From NCBI GenBank assembly GCA_965215335.1, contig CBDCDA010000001.1, forward strand, positions 1,824,001-1,888,000: a stretch of DNA of 64,000 nt, written 5' to 3'. Shown one piece after another: positions 10,501-21,378 of this stretch. The first letter of the stretch is position 1. Every line of letters begins with the position of its first letter. A program made the translations under genes and the position numbers. Below the pieces are notes generated by a model. That model had not been told where the DNA came from and did not search any database. It was given only the letters and a program-made list of their open reading frames with translations. Origin of the DNA: an uncultured Candidatus Entotheonella sp. Its GTDB lineage: Bacteria; Tectomicrobia; Entotheonellia; Entotheonellales; Entotheonellaceae.

Positions 10501-11071
10501 TCCCCGCCTGTGCGGGGAACACAAGGAATGACGCGCGAAGTTACCAGTCTCCTGCGGTTCATCCCCGCCTGTGCGGGGAACACCGTCGGGGACGGAGTTC
10601 CTCTCAGAGGTTCGCCGGTTCATCCCCGCCTGTGCGGGGAACACATCGGTGACGTCGATACTGCCGCGAGAAATTTCGGTTCATCCCCGCCTGTGCGGGG
10701 AACACTGTTTCGATCCTGATGATTACCGGGAGAATCGCGGTTCATCCCCGCCTGTGCGGGGAACACCGTCGTCCGTGACGGTAAGTGTCGAAGGCGAGCG
10801 GTTCATCCCCGCCTGTGCGGGGAACACGGCCCGATCAAGCCCAGTCCACTGGCAACGTTCGGTTCATCCCCGCCTGTGCGGGGAACACGTTTGTCATGCG
10901 CTGCTCGATACGCATTTCCACGGTTCATCCCCGCCTGTGCGGGGAACACCGAAGGCGCAGAGTGCACATGCGCGTAGCGGCCGGTTCATCCCCGCCTGTG
11001 CGGGGAACACGTTGCGTTCGGTCGTCACAGGGCCACCCCTTCCGGTTCATCCCCGCCTGTGCGGGGAACAC
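7505..11071 (-). CRISPR. Type I-E CRISPR array: 58 repeats GTGTTCCCCGCACAGGCGGGGATGAACCG (29 bp) plus 1 degenerate trailer repeat (7505-7533), 58 spacers of 31-33 bp
   Basis: Repeats counted from 7566 to 11043 at ~61-bp period; CCCCGC/GCGGGG hairpin; leader next to cas2; degenerate copy at the far end. Confidence 0.99.
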
Positions 11072-11182
11072 TCTTCCTACAACTCACTAAAAAATAAACA
11101 CTTTTACGATCACCAACGTCGTACCAACTTTTCCTCTTGCGTTTTTCACGGCAGTGTGGGGATCAGAATACCTAGCCGCGGG
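11072..11182 (-). promoter_or_regulatory. CRISPR leader
   Basis: AT-rich stretch between cas2 and the first repeat. Minus strand AAAGTTGGTACGACGTTGGT has two TTGGT motifs (11112-11128) like E. coli-type I-E leaders. Confidence 0.85.
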
Positions 11183-12413
<1,231 letters not shown>

Positions 12414-12489
12414 GACGGTCAGGAACTCCAGAGGCGACAGAAGCCGAGTGCTGTTGAAGACAGCAGTGCGCCGGCCGGTGGGAATCCCG

Positions 12490-13692
12490 TCACCAAGCCG
12501 CCTCCTCGTTGTCGCGAGGCCCGAGGCGAAAGGTGACCCGCACGAATTGGTTGCGTTCATCCTGCATCAGATCCGGCTCCGTGCCGTTGAACGCGTGCAT
12601 TTCTCTGCGCATGATCAGCCAGCCTCTGCCCCGCCGCTCCATGAAGCCCATGCCGGCCATGAAGTGCGCAAGGGATTCGTTTCTCGACCGGGGGTTGGCG
12701 CCGGCGCGCACGCGCTCCACCGTCATGTGGTTGGGCAGCGCCCCCGGGCTGGTCACGTCTACGCGGTGTTCGAACACTTCGAGCAGCGCCTTCGAGCCGG
12801 TGATGGCGTAGTCACGATGCGTCACAGCATTCGTCAGTGCTTCCCGAATGGCTCGCCGTGGCAGTAAGTGACGGTCTTCGCGTCTGAGGTTCTCATACGA
12901 CTCGAATCGGCCGAGACCGAGAAACCACCCCGTTGCCCGTTCGACCTGTTCGTCCAGACGCCCGGCCGAATTGGCGACCTGCAAGACCTCGCAAGCCCGG
13001 TCATCACCCGCATAAGCCACACATTCGATGCGGAAATCGCGCGTCCGCGTGTAGCGCTGCGGGTCTTTCCCAAAGGCGAGAACCCCGTAGAGCGTCGCGC
13101 GCAGCTCGCCTCCGATCTCGACAAGCACGTCTCGATTGCGCAGGTCGTCCAGGCTGTCCGGCTGCGGATCGTCCGTGGTGTCGAATCCCAGACGTTGCAG
13201 ATAGGAGCGGAAGGCATCGAGGTCGATGTGCGCGGGCGTTGCGTCGAGGACGGCACGTTCCTCGGTGAGGATGTACCCGAACGCATTGTAGAGTTCCTGG
13301 AGTTCCGTCGCCGATGGCTCGACGCTGCTACGCTCGCGGCGAACCCAGACGCGAGCGTCGTAGCGCATGGGCTCGAATCCGCGTTGCCGTGGAACCTCAA
13401 TCCAGTGCACCCATCCAGCCGGCCCCTCGAAGCGTCCGGTGCGGGCGTGAACCGGCACGCTGCAACCTGTTTGGAGAAAGGAGGCCAGGCGTTCCTGCAC
13501 CCTCTCGGTGTCCTCCTTGACACCGATCATCCGCCGAGAGTCTTCAACTCCCAGGATGATCAGGCCGCCCTCGGTGTTGGCGAAGGCACACATCGCCCTG
13601 CCGATGGCGGACAGGTCACCGAGCCCCCGCTTGAATTCCGTGTGCTGGTCTTCGCCCACCTCGATCCGACGACGGACATCCTGCCATTCCAT
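12490..13692 (-). CDS. Schlafen/AlbA_2 domain + HATPase_c_4 protein inside the cas operon
   Basis: GEDQHTEFK, CAFANTEGGLIILGVED; AIREALTNAVTHRDY, TSPGALP, RN..MERRGRG; CAGGAG RBS before ATG 13692. Confidence 0.88.
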   Translation of the reverse strand: MEWQDVRRRIEVGEDQHTEFKRGLGDLSAIGRAMCAFANTEGGLIILGVEDSRRMIGVKEDTERVQERLASFLQTGCSVPVHARTGRFEGPAGWVHWIEVPRQRGFEPMRYDARVWVRRERSSVEPSATELQELYNAFGYILTEERAVLDATPAHIDLDAFRSYLQRLGFDTTDDPQPDSLDDLRNRDVLVEIGGELRATLYGVLAFGKDPQRYTRTRDFRIECVAYAGDDRACEVLQVANSAGRLDEQVERATGWFLGLGRFESYENLRREDRHLLPRRAIREALTNAVTHRDYAITGSKALLEVFEHRVDVTSPGALPNHMTVERVRAGANPRSRNESLAHFMAGMGFMERRGRGWLIMRREMHAFNGTEPDLMQDERNQFVRVTFRLGPRDNEEAAW

Positions 13693-13787
13693 GACGTGAT
13701 TCTCCTGCCGATCAGAACCCACCGGTCCCTTTCCGAGGCAGGCCAGGGAGCGTTGCCGCGAGTGAACGTCATTGCCGACGTCTTCAG

Positions 13788-14477
13788 TCAAGCGCGGCGA
13801 ATGAGCATCAGACCGCAGCCGTAAGCCTTGGCTGCGCCAAAGCCACCCGCGATGGCCGCCAGAAAAGCGTCGGGGTCGCTTACCGTCAAGAATCCGTCGA
13901 AGTGCAGCGTTGAAAATGACATTGCGTGTGCCGTCCCCTTGCGGGTAACGCGATGTTGATCATAGCCGTCCACACGCACGCTGCCCGGTTGCACAATGAA
14001 CCCTGCCCTGTCAGCCTGTCGTTCGAGCCATGCAGAGCCCCGTTCCCGCATGACAGCAAGGCGGTGTTCGGCGCGCTCGCCGTCGGGGTGAGAACGCAGT
14101 GCATCCATCACCACGTCGTGCTTGACGGAACGCCTACGCCGAGGGTCGTAGCGGCGGACCACCGGATTGGCTCGCAGCGAGAATTGCAGCCGGTCGCCCG
14201 CCTCAAGTACCGGCGCGAATGGTTTCGGAGCGTCGATTTCGAACAGGGCGTGACGGTCTGCCGGGCGACGCGCCGACAGGATCAGGAAGGTGCCCCGCTC
14301 CATCTCGCGCCACAGGAAATCACGGCGGCGATCAGGACCGTCGGCAAAGAGCGACCAGACGAGATGATGACCCGGATGGTTGGCCCCGCCATCCCCGCTC
14401 TGCAACAGTGGCAGCAGCGCTTTCACCGTGGTATCACGCCGGAGCCGGGCGCGGGAGAGATAGAGTTCTGCCATCAT
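13788..14477 (-). CDS. cas6e: Type I-E Cas6e (Cse3/CasE)
   Basis: YLSR, HHLVWSLF, RDFLWR, FSLRANPV, G-rich loop GFGAAKAYGCGLM. Confidence 0.96.
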   Translation of the reverse strand: MMAELYLSRARLRRDTTVKALLPLLQSGDGGANHPGHHLVWSLFADGPDRRRDFLWREMERGTFLILSARRPADRHALFEIDAPKPFAPVLEAGDRLQFSLRANPVVRRYDPRRRRSVKHDVVMDALRSHPDGERAEHRLAVMRERGSAWLERQADRAGFIVQPGSVRVDGYDQHRVTRKGTAHAMSFSTLHFDGFLTVSDPDAFLAAIAGGFGAAKAYGCGLMLIRRA

Positions 14478-14483
14478 TCCAGG

Positions 14484-15206
14484 CTACCTTTCGGGCACGA
14501 CGACAGCCTCCGAGCGATCTGCGAACTGCCAGCGGGTTCGGCTGAGAACAGCATCACGCCGGCGTTCGATGCGCACGCCGGCGGGGGCGCCGGGCGCGTC
14601 GTGGTCGAAGGCGACCTCACCTGTCGCCACGCCGGCGATATGAAGGCTTTGCATAATGTTCCGTTCTTCCTCGCTCGGCTGCCGCGCCTCGAAGGCGTCC
14701 ATGAAGGTGTCGGCTGTAATGATCTCGGGATTGAGCGGCAAACCGAGTGGTGCCGACTTGCGTCCGACATAGAGCGCGAAACGCGGGCGCTGCAGGGCGT
14801 TGGCGATCTCGTCGAGGTCAACAGCCCCGCCAGGGCGCGGCCACAGAGCGGCGGTAAAGCAGGCGTCCGACCGCCATTCCCGGCTGGAGAGCACGGTATT
14901 GAGATCGTCCGATTCCAGCTCCTGCCGCCGTGTCGCGAAGGTGCGGCCCTTGCGGGCCTTCGGCGTCTGGGCGGTGTGATAGTCCATGAGTGGACGACCC
15001 GGCGCGTCTGTCCTGACGGCATAATAAAGGCAGGCTTCAAGGTTGTGGTGGGCGGCTTCGTCCGAGCGCTCGATTCCCAGGGCGGCGGCGACCAGCCCGA
15101 GGACGGCGGAGCGACCCGGCCGCGCCCAGCTCATGCGGCGTTCCCCGACGGCAATCTCGCCGAATGATCCCATCGGAGCGTAGAGGGTGAACAGCAGGAA
15201 GCGCAT
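14484..15206 (-). CDS. cas5: Type I-E Cas5 (CasD)
   Basis: LYAPMGSFG, PGRSAVLGLVAAALG, DYHTAQ, LYVGRKS. Confidence 0.96.
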   Translation of the reverse strand: MRFLLFTLYAPMGSFGEIAVGERRMSWARPGRSAVLGLVAAALGIERSDEAAHHNLEACLYYAVRTDAPGRPLMDYHTAQTPKARKGRTFATRRQELESDDLNTVLSSREWRSDACFTAALWPRPGGAVDLDEIANALQRPRFALYVGRKSAPLGLPLNPEIITADTFMDAFEARQPSEEERNIMQSLHIAGVATGEVAFDHDAPGAPAGVRIERRRDAVLSRTRWQFADRSEAVVVPER

Positions 15207-15210
15207 GGCA

Positions 15211-16263
15211 TCATCTCGTGGAAAAGTCGATCAGGTCCCGCAACGTCCCTTCACCCACTGCAACGTTCATCGTGCAGCGGTCATCGGCACACGGCCCATA
15301 GGCCGCATCGAGTCGATCGCGAAAGTTTTCCAGGCACTCAATGGAACGCCCACCTTGGTCTTCTCCTGTAACCGGTTTCAAGAAAGCAGCAGCGAGGCTA
15401 CGTGGCTGCGCTGATCCTTTTTCGCCAAGGATATAGAATGCGCGGGCACGGCTCGCGAAGCTCGCCTGTTTGCCTCCCGGCGCCACAGTTGCGGCAGCTT
15501 CGACAAGGGCTCTCAGACTGTCGTTCCGGACAACATGATTCTGGGCAAGATTTTGGAGCAGCAGGTCTCGATTGACACAGACGTAGAGGTAGAAGACGCC
15601 AGCGCCGAATTCCTGGACGCCCACGAAACCGGCCCCGGCATCTTCGAGTTCGTCCCGAGATTTCAGGTCGTCGACGGCCGTGTAGTAATCGTCCTCGGCG
15701 ATGGCACGATGCGTCGTGACGGCATGTGCAACTTGTACGGCGGCCTCCCGCTTGAATTTCGGAGCGTCGGCCAGCATGCGTCCAAACATGGCGATATCCG
15801 CGGCTGTATCCATTTTCTGAAGCAGGTCATCGGCCTTCAATCCATCGACCTCTTTCCCGGCCAAGGCACGGTCGGCGAGTTCAAATGCCCTGGTCCGTTC
15901 CTCGGGCGAGACAAAGGCAAGTTGCTCGATAAAGGTGGGATCGTCATCACCTTCTTTGCGGATCTTGCCAAAGACGCCGGCAATGTCGCGGGCGGTAACA
16001 AGAGCCGGCTCCTCAGGCATCCCGCCGTCGATGAGGTGATCGTACACGTCTTTGCCGAGCCTTTGGGTGCGACTCGCAAGATGTCCGTCGAGCCTGGACG
16101 CGAAGACCTCCGACGTGCGCCAGGCGCGTTTCAAACTTTGCGAGGACACGCGCAGGCGAGGCACACCGCCGAAGACGACACTTTTGGGTCGGCCGGTATC
16201 GTCACGGTTGAGATTCGACGGCCCGTAGGCCGTCAGCAGGTGCAGCTGCAGGAAATCAGCCAT
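15211..16263 (-). CDS. cas7: Type I-E Cas7 (Cse4/CasC)
   Basis: SNLNRDDTGRPK, RVSSQSLKRAWR, DIAMFGRMLA, DYYTAVDD. Confidence 0.97.
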   Translation of the reverse strand: MADFLQLHLLTAYGPSNLNRDDTGRPKSVVFGGVPRLRVSSQSLKRAWRTSEVFASRLDGHLASRTQRLGKDVYDHLIDGGMPEEPALVTARDIAGVFGKIRKEGDDDPTFIEQLAFVSPEERTRAFELADRALAGKEVDGLKADDLLQKMDTAADIAMFGRMLADAPKFKREAAVQVAHAVTTHRAIAEDDYYTAVDDLKSRDELEDAGAGFVGVQEFGAGVFYLYVCVNRDLLLQNLAQNHVVRNDSLRALVEAAATVAPGGKQASFASRARAFYILGEKGSAQPRSLAAAFLKPVTGEDQGGRSIECLENFRDRLDAAYGPCADDRCTMNVAVGEGTLRDLIDFSTR

Positions 16264-16311
16264 GTAATCGGATTCCTTTCGTCGGGTTATGGATGAAACG
16301 GTCAGGAAGCA

Positions 16312-16833
16312 TTAACGGGGCCTGTCGTGTCCGAACTCGTGAACCCCGTAATAGTCGAATATCCAGCGCTTCTTCACGCCGTCCCCCCAGCGTAAAACGG
16401 CAAACGACAAGTCCTTCACGCTGACTTTTCCCTTGGTCAGACGGACGAGACGGCGCATGGCTCCCATTAACTCTTCGCCGGGAACTTGCATCAAACGGCG
16501 AAAACGATTCTCGGACATGATGGCCGACGCGTCATCGTCGAGCGAAGCACGGCCAATGGCGTGGGCAACTCGACGGTCGTCGGACTCCCGGACAAACGCC
16601 AGAATGCCCGCGAGGCTGGCGACCCGGTCCGGATTCTCGTGAGGAAGTCGTGTAACCAACCGGAGCGCTTCGGGCTCCTGGATGACTTCGAGCGACGTGC
16701 CAGCGCGACGCAAGTTGGCCAGCGCCGCTCGTCGGGTTCCTCGAGTTGTGCGCCCGCCCGCTTCAGGCGACGCGAGATCACGCCACCATGCCTCGGCAAT
16801 GGCGCTGCCACTCCACTGGTGCGATTCTGTCAT
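16312..16833 (-). CDS. cse2: Type I-E Cas11 (Cse2/CasB)
   Basis: ALANLRRA, SENRFRRL, RWIFDYY; position between cas8e and cas7. Confidence 0.9.
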   Translation of the reverse strand: MTESHQWSGSAIAEAWWRDLASPEAGGRTTRGTRRAALANLRRAGTSLEVIQEPEALRLVTRLPHENPDRVASLAGILAFVRESDDRRVAHAIGRASLDDDASAIMSENRFRRLMQVPGEELMGAMRRLVRLTKGKVSVKDLSFAVLRWGDGVKKRWIFDYYGVHEFGHDRPR

Positions 16834-18515
16834 TTATTTCCCTTCTTGCTCGCCCTTGCGGGTTCGGGCGAAGCGATACCGAGGTCACGCTCGAACAGGG
16901 CGCGTCCGGACTTGCCACGACCGCCCAAAGCCAACGCCAGGCAGAACCGCGCCTTGACGTGACGGTGCATGTCCCGGTCCTCCAACCCATCTGCCGACGC
17001 ATATTCGTCGAACAAGCGCAGCGCCGCTCTAGCCATGGCCGGCGCCCAATGCTCACGCGCGCTGATCGTGGGATCATCGACGTCCGGGTCGTTCTGGATT
17101 GACGCCACTGCATCCCTCATTGCGGCCATTGCGGCGTAAAATGCCCCTTCTGTTTCGCGGTAGAAACGTTCAGCTATGAAGCCGTAGTCGCCTGTTGCGT
17201 CGGCGGGTCGATCATAGAGAGCCGATTTCACAGCTTTGGTGAGTAACTGGCACACAAAGGCGGCGCCCGCCGTTGTGTGCTCGATGAATTTCCCGATCCA
17301 CTCCCGCGACGCCGCGTCGGTCAGAAACCAGAAAGGCATTTCGCTCTCAACCCAGGCACGTGCTTTGCGGTTGTCCATGTCATAGCCGAATACTGTGAAT
17401 CGCGTTTGTCCCCCTCGCGTGGCGCGCTCCGGCCACTGCCGGATCACTTGAGCGGGCTCGCGAAGCTTGTCCCTGCTCGGAATGACAAGACCAGGCCAAA
17501 GGCGGTAACTGACGCCACCGGGTCTGGGATGAACGGGCAATTTCGCGGTCCCCGGCTTCTGCCGGTAGTATGGCGAAAGCGGGTGCTCAAACCCTTCCGA
17601 ATAGTGCGTGCCATGGTTCCTGATACGGCACGACGCCACGATGACGGAATCCTGAGAATTGGTAAGGGAGCAAGGTCGGTCTTGTGAGTCCTCAAACAGC
17701 AGCCGAATGCGCCATGGCATGCCCCAGTAGACCTGAAGAGGATGAACATCCGCGGGTGTCGTCAGCCCGCCACCCGCCTTGGGGTTGGACGTCCGAGTGG
17801 GTACGAGCCAAGGAAAGATCAATCCCGGGTCAGTGGATTCCCTCGCTTGGACGGCGCGGCGGTCAATCTGCCTTTGGCTTTCAACGTTAGGCCAGAGCCG
17901 ACCCCAAAGCGTCACACCGTATGCCTCGTGGTCATGGACGAGCAAGGTAGTCAGCGGTCCGCCGCCGCGTAACGATGTGCGGTGACCGGAGCCGCCGGCC
18001 GGGGCGTAAGCACTCAGCGTGAAGAGGGCCATTGATGCTGCGGCACGGCTCAGGACCAACACGCCGTCACGCTTCACAAACAAGTCGGCGTTATTGTCGA
18101 GAGTTTGCTTCCCCGGTGTGTCAATAAGTAACTCGGCTGCACTCCTCTTTTTGCCCGTGTCGTCGCTGACTTCGAACGGATCGAGGTCTTGCATAAATCG
18201 TGGACCGGGGCCATCCAGATCGAAGGCGTGGGCGACCGTCGAGAACCGTTTCCTGAGAACGTCCGGCGCCGGCGGACGCCACCACTGGTCTTCCCATTCC
18301 TCATCATCCTCCGGCGCAGCGGCCGTAGACAGCAGGCCGATCAGGAACTCGTGCGCCGCGCCGTTGAAATCTGGCCGCGGCCAGGCAAAGGCCACAAACG
18401 GGTCCTCTGCGATTCCGTCGGTGACGCGCCAGGGCGGGATCTGCTCGACAGCACCGCTGCGGCGACGGACGGGCAGCCAGGTGGCGTTGATCAGGTTGAA
18501 GACGGGTTCAGACAT
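16830..18515 (-). CDS. cse1: Type I-E Cas8e (Cse1/CasA)
   Basis: FNLINATWLPV, PRPDFNGA, DLFVKR, APAGGSGHRTSLRGGGPLTTL, HPLSPY, FGYDMDN. Confidence 0.95.
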   Translation of the reverse strand: MSEPVFNLINATWLPVRRRSGAVEQIPPWRVTDGIAEDPFVAFAWPRPDFNGAAHEFLIGLLSTAAAPEDDEEWEDQWWRPPAPDVLRKRFSTVAHAFDLDGPGPRFMQDLDPFEVSDDTGKKRSAAELLIDTPGKQTLDNNADLFVKRDGVLVLSRAAASMALFTLSAYAPAGGSGHRTSLRGGGPLTTLLVHDHEAYGVTLWGRLWPNVESQRQIDRRAVQARESTDPGLIFPWLVPTRTSNPKAGGGLTTPADVHPLQVYWGMPWRIRLLFEDSQDRPCSLTNSQDSVIVASCRIRNHGTHYSEGFEHPLSPYYRQKPGTAKLPVHPRPGGVSYRLWPGLVIPSRDKLREPAQVIRQWPERATRGGQTRFTVFGYDMDNRKARAWVESEMPFWFLTDAASREWIGKFIEHTTAGAAFVCQLLTKAVKSALYDRPADATGDYGFIAERFYRETEGAFYAAMAAMRDAVASIQNDPDVDDPTISAREHWAPAMARAALRLFDEYASADGLEDRDMHRHVKARFCLALALGGRGKSGRALFERDLGIASPEPARASKKGNK

Positions 18516-18579
18516 GACGTTTCCCGGTGGATGCACGCAGTGAAATCAGGATCGCGGTTTGAGATACGGTGAACTCGAC

Positions 18580-21306
18580 TTACGGTTCTTGCCTGTCCGT
18601 CGTCAGGCCACGTTGCGGGTTATAGCTGAGCCGGACGGCCGCTGGCGTGTCGCCTCCAGAAATTGCCGTTCCAGACCAGATCTGATCGCCGCCCTCGGAT
18701 TCCTCAAGCAGCACCAGAATCTTGTCCGCATCGAATCGCGTCCAGTCCTTCTTTGCGGTCTGGGCAGCGGCGTCATGCTCAGGCGGTATGACTTCGCCGC
18801 CGACACGCCGCGCGGTCATGTTCACCTCGCTGAGCCGCCACGCCCGCCATGGTTCGTCCGCCTCGGCGCGGGGCGCGTAAGGTTCGATACGACCATCGCG
18901 AACCCGTGCGAGCCGCAGCATGACTTGCGGGTCGTCAACAAGCCGGGTCGGCGTGCGCACGTCGTGGTCCCAGGCACCGCCGTCCCGTACGTAACCCATG
19001 GCGAGGTCGAGCACGTTGGTATTGGCCACCCCGCGCTCGGCGCCCGCTCTGCCCTCTGCGTCGAAGAAGCTACCCAACAATGCTTTCGGAACATCTGCCT
19101 CGACACCATCGCCGTAAACGGCTTCAACGAGCGCCCGCAGTCCGCCGGGGCTTGCGATGCCGCCGGTGTCCGCCAGCGCTTTAGCCGTGAGCCAGAGGCG
19201 CGCGTGATCCTTGTAGACATGCGCCGCGCGCGGAAAAGCCCGGCTGAACCATTCCGCGTCCGCGTCGGCGACGGGTTCCGGGCCCACCACAAGCAATTCC
19301 GGCCGGCCTTGGCGTTCAGGACGGTAGTGCCGCCACAGCCTGCCCGCACGCTGGACCAATAGATCGATCGGCGCCAGATCGGTGATCAGCGCATCGAAGT
19401 CCAGATCCAGCGATTGCTCGACCACCTGCGTGGCGATCAGCACCTTGCCGGCTCGCTGTGCGGAGGTCGTACCAGCGGGCTTGCCGAACGTCGCGACCAC
19501 TCGTTTTTCGATTTGCAGACGGTCGACAAGCGCGAAACGGGCGTGAAAGACATCGGCATCGAGCCCTCTGGCCGTCAATGCCGCGTGGGCCTCGAGCGCG
19601 TCATCGACCGTGTTGCGGATGTAGAGCACGGCCCGGCCACTGCCGGACGCCTGTTCAACCTCGGTCAACGCCTCCTCGATGGTGCGGAGGAAGCGTACCG
19701 GAAGCGTACGCGCCCGCCCGGACTGTCCGGGAACCTTCGTGGATGCCCGGACGCTGGTCCCGCAAACCGTGGCCAGTGGGTAGTCCATGTCGCCGTCGCC
19801 CAAGGGCTGTGTCGCCGCCTCGTTTCCCAGTCCTTTCGAGAAAGCGTCGGCCAGCCGCTTGCGGATCGACAGGGGAAGGGTGGCCGACAGCAGGATTGCA
19901 GAACCGCCCAACCCCGCCTGGAATTCGAGCAGCCTCTCGATCTCGCGCTGCATGTAGGCATCATAGGCATGCACCTCGTCAAGGATGAGGACACGGCGCA
20001 TGAGGCCCAGCAGCCGCAGGGATTGGTGCCGGCTGGGCAGAATCGACAACAGCGCCTGGTCCACCGTGCCGGCGCCCGCATCGGCCAGAAAGGCGCATCG
20101 CCTGTCGTCGGCGATCCAGGCCGCGCAGGCCGCTGAAGCGGTCGTTTCGGTTCCCGCATCCCGGCTCCCGGCATCCGAATAGGGCGATTCATCGCGCCCG
20201 GCCGCCAGCACCGCCGACCGGAAGCCGTCATGCATGTCGCGGGCGCCGTGAGCCAGGGCAATCGAGGGCAAAACGTCTGTCGCGAACAAATGCCGATAGG
20301 CGGCGGCGAGGCGGTCGAACATGGCGTTGGCCGTGGCCATGGTGGGCAGCGCCACGTAGAGGCCGTCCGCCCGGCCGGCCGCCATCAGCCTTTGAGCGAG
20401 CATCAGGGCCGCCTCCGTCTTGCCGCTGCCCGTTTCGTCTTCGATCATGTACAGCGCCGGACCGTCCGGCAGCTCGACGGATTTGGCCCAATCCTGCATC
20501 GGCGTCGGGGTCGCATCGGCGCCAATCAAGGCGCCGTAGTCAAGATGACCGCTGCTGTCGGCAGGCAGGACGCCAGCCTTTTCGACGGCGTGCTCCGCTT
20601 GCTTCCGGGTATGACGCCAGTATGCCTCGAAGTCTCGAGCCGGTTCGCGATACGGAAACCATTCCTGGTTGGAACCGATCCAGTCCGCCAGCACGGCAAG
20701 GCCGGCGAGAGCGAAAGACGCACGCCGAACACGCTTGCGTTCGAGCGGTGGCAATGCCTGGGGTAATGCGAACAGGTCGCGTGCCTGCTGGATGAACATG
20801 CGGGCAGCTTCGATACCTGCCTTGCCGAAGTCGGGCCGTAAGACGAGGCTCTCACCAAGACCCGGCTGCGGCGGGGCGCCGTGATGGCCGACCACCGCCG
20901 AGACCAGGGGGCGCCAGACACGACGGCCCGGACCGCTGGGCAAACGGAAAACACCATCATCGGCATCGAACAGGCGTAGCCCTCCGGCGCCGTGGTCGTA
21001 GCGGTCCGGAACAGAGGCGGGGTCGTCACCCAAACAGTCGGGGTACAGTGCCGGCACCTTTGCCTGGAATTTCCTGGCAAACTTGCCGACGTCGTGCAGA
21101 CACAGGAGGAAGCAGACGACGGAAACGGTTTCTTCGCTCGGCAGGCCCAGCAAGCCGGACAGGCTTTGTCGCAGGCCGCGATGCCGGGTCAGCAGCGCCT
21201 CGCCGACCGCGGCGACGTCGAGACAGTGGTAGGGCAGCGGGTGCCATTGCGGGCCGTGGCCAGGTTCAAGGGGCTGCGCCTTGCCCCAGAATGAGAGCGC
21301 AGTCAT
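18580..21306 (-). CDS. cas3: Cas3 HD nuclease / SF2 helicase
   Basis: HCLDVAA, LHDVGK, GHHG, TGSGKTE, LPTMAT, DEVH, SAT, TQVVEQSLDLD, QRAGRLWRH. Confidence 0.97.
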   Translation of the reverse strand: MTALSFWGKAQPLEPGHGPQWHPLPYHCLDVAAVGEALLTRHRGLRQSLSGLLGLPSEETVSVVCFLLCLHDVGKFARKFQAKVPALYPDCLGDDPASVPDRYDHGAGGLRLFDADDGVFRLPSGPGRRVWRPLVSAVVGHHGAPPQPGLGESLVLRPDFGKAGIEAARMFIQQARDLFALPQALPPLERKRVRRASFALAGLAVLADWIGSNQEWFPYREPARDFEAYWRHTRKQAEHAVEKAGVLPADSSGHLDYGALIGADATPTPMQDWAKSVELPDGPALYMIEDETGSGKTEAALMLAQRLMAAGRADGLYVALPTMATANAMFDRLAAAYRHLFATDVLPSIALAHGARDMHDGFRSAVLAAGRDESPYSDAGSRDAGTETTASAACAAWIADDRRCAFLADAGAGTVDQALLSILPSRHQSLRLLGLMRRVLILDEVHAYDAYMQREIERLLEFQAGLGGSAILLSATLPLSIRKRLADAFSKGLGNEAATQPLGDGDMDYPLATVCGTSVRASTKVPGQSGRARTLPVRFLRTIEEALTEVEQASGSGRAVLYIRNTVDDALEAHAALTARGLDADVFHARFALVDRLQIEKRVVATFGKPAGTTSAQRAGKVLIATQVVEQSLDLDFDALITDLAPIDLLVQRAGRLWRHYRPERQGRPELLVVGPEPVADADAEWFSRAFPRAAHVYKDHARLWLTAKALADTGGIASPGGLRALVEAVYGDGVEADVPKALLGSFFDAEGRAGAERGVANTNVLDLAMGYVRDGGAWDHDVRTPTRLVDDPQVMLRLARVRDGRIEPYAPRAEADEPWRAWRLSEVNMTARRVGGEVIPPEHDAAAQTAKKDWTRFDADKILVLLEESEGGDQIWSGTAISGGDTPAAVRLSYNPQRGLTTDRQEP

Positions 21307-21378
21307 GGCGATGTCGCTCCGTTGATCCGACGCTTGCAGTGGGAAGCGCTTCTCACAGCCCCTGCACCGTGTCACAAC

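Noticed and set aside
7534..11042. Self-targeting spacers within the window
   Set aside because: None noticed by eye; not exhaustive, needs an alignment against the whole genome
13693..13791. TTG-initiated N-terminal extension of the AlbA_2 gene overlapping the cas6e stop
   Set aside because: ATG 13692 has a good RBS and coincides with the domain start
18516..18579. Repeat-like GAGTTCACCG..AAACCG (minus strand) between cas3 and cas8e, a possible regulatory mini-array (CreR/CreA-like)
   Set aside because: Only 22 nt, no hairpin, no convincing second repeat, and the following sequence does not match the cas3 upstream region in register
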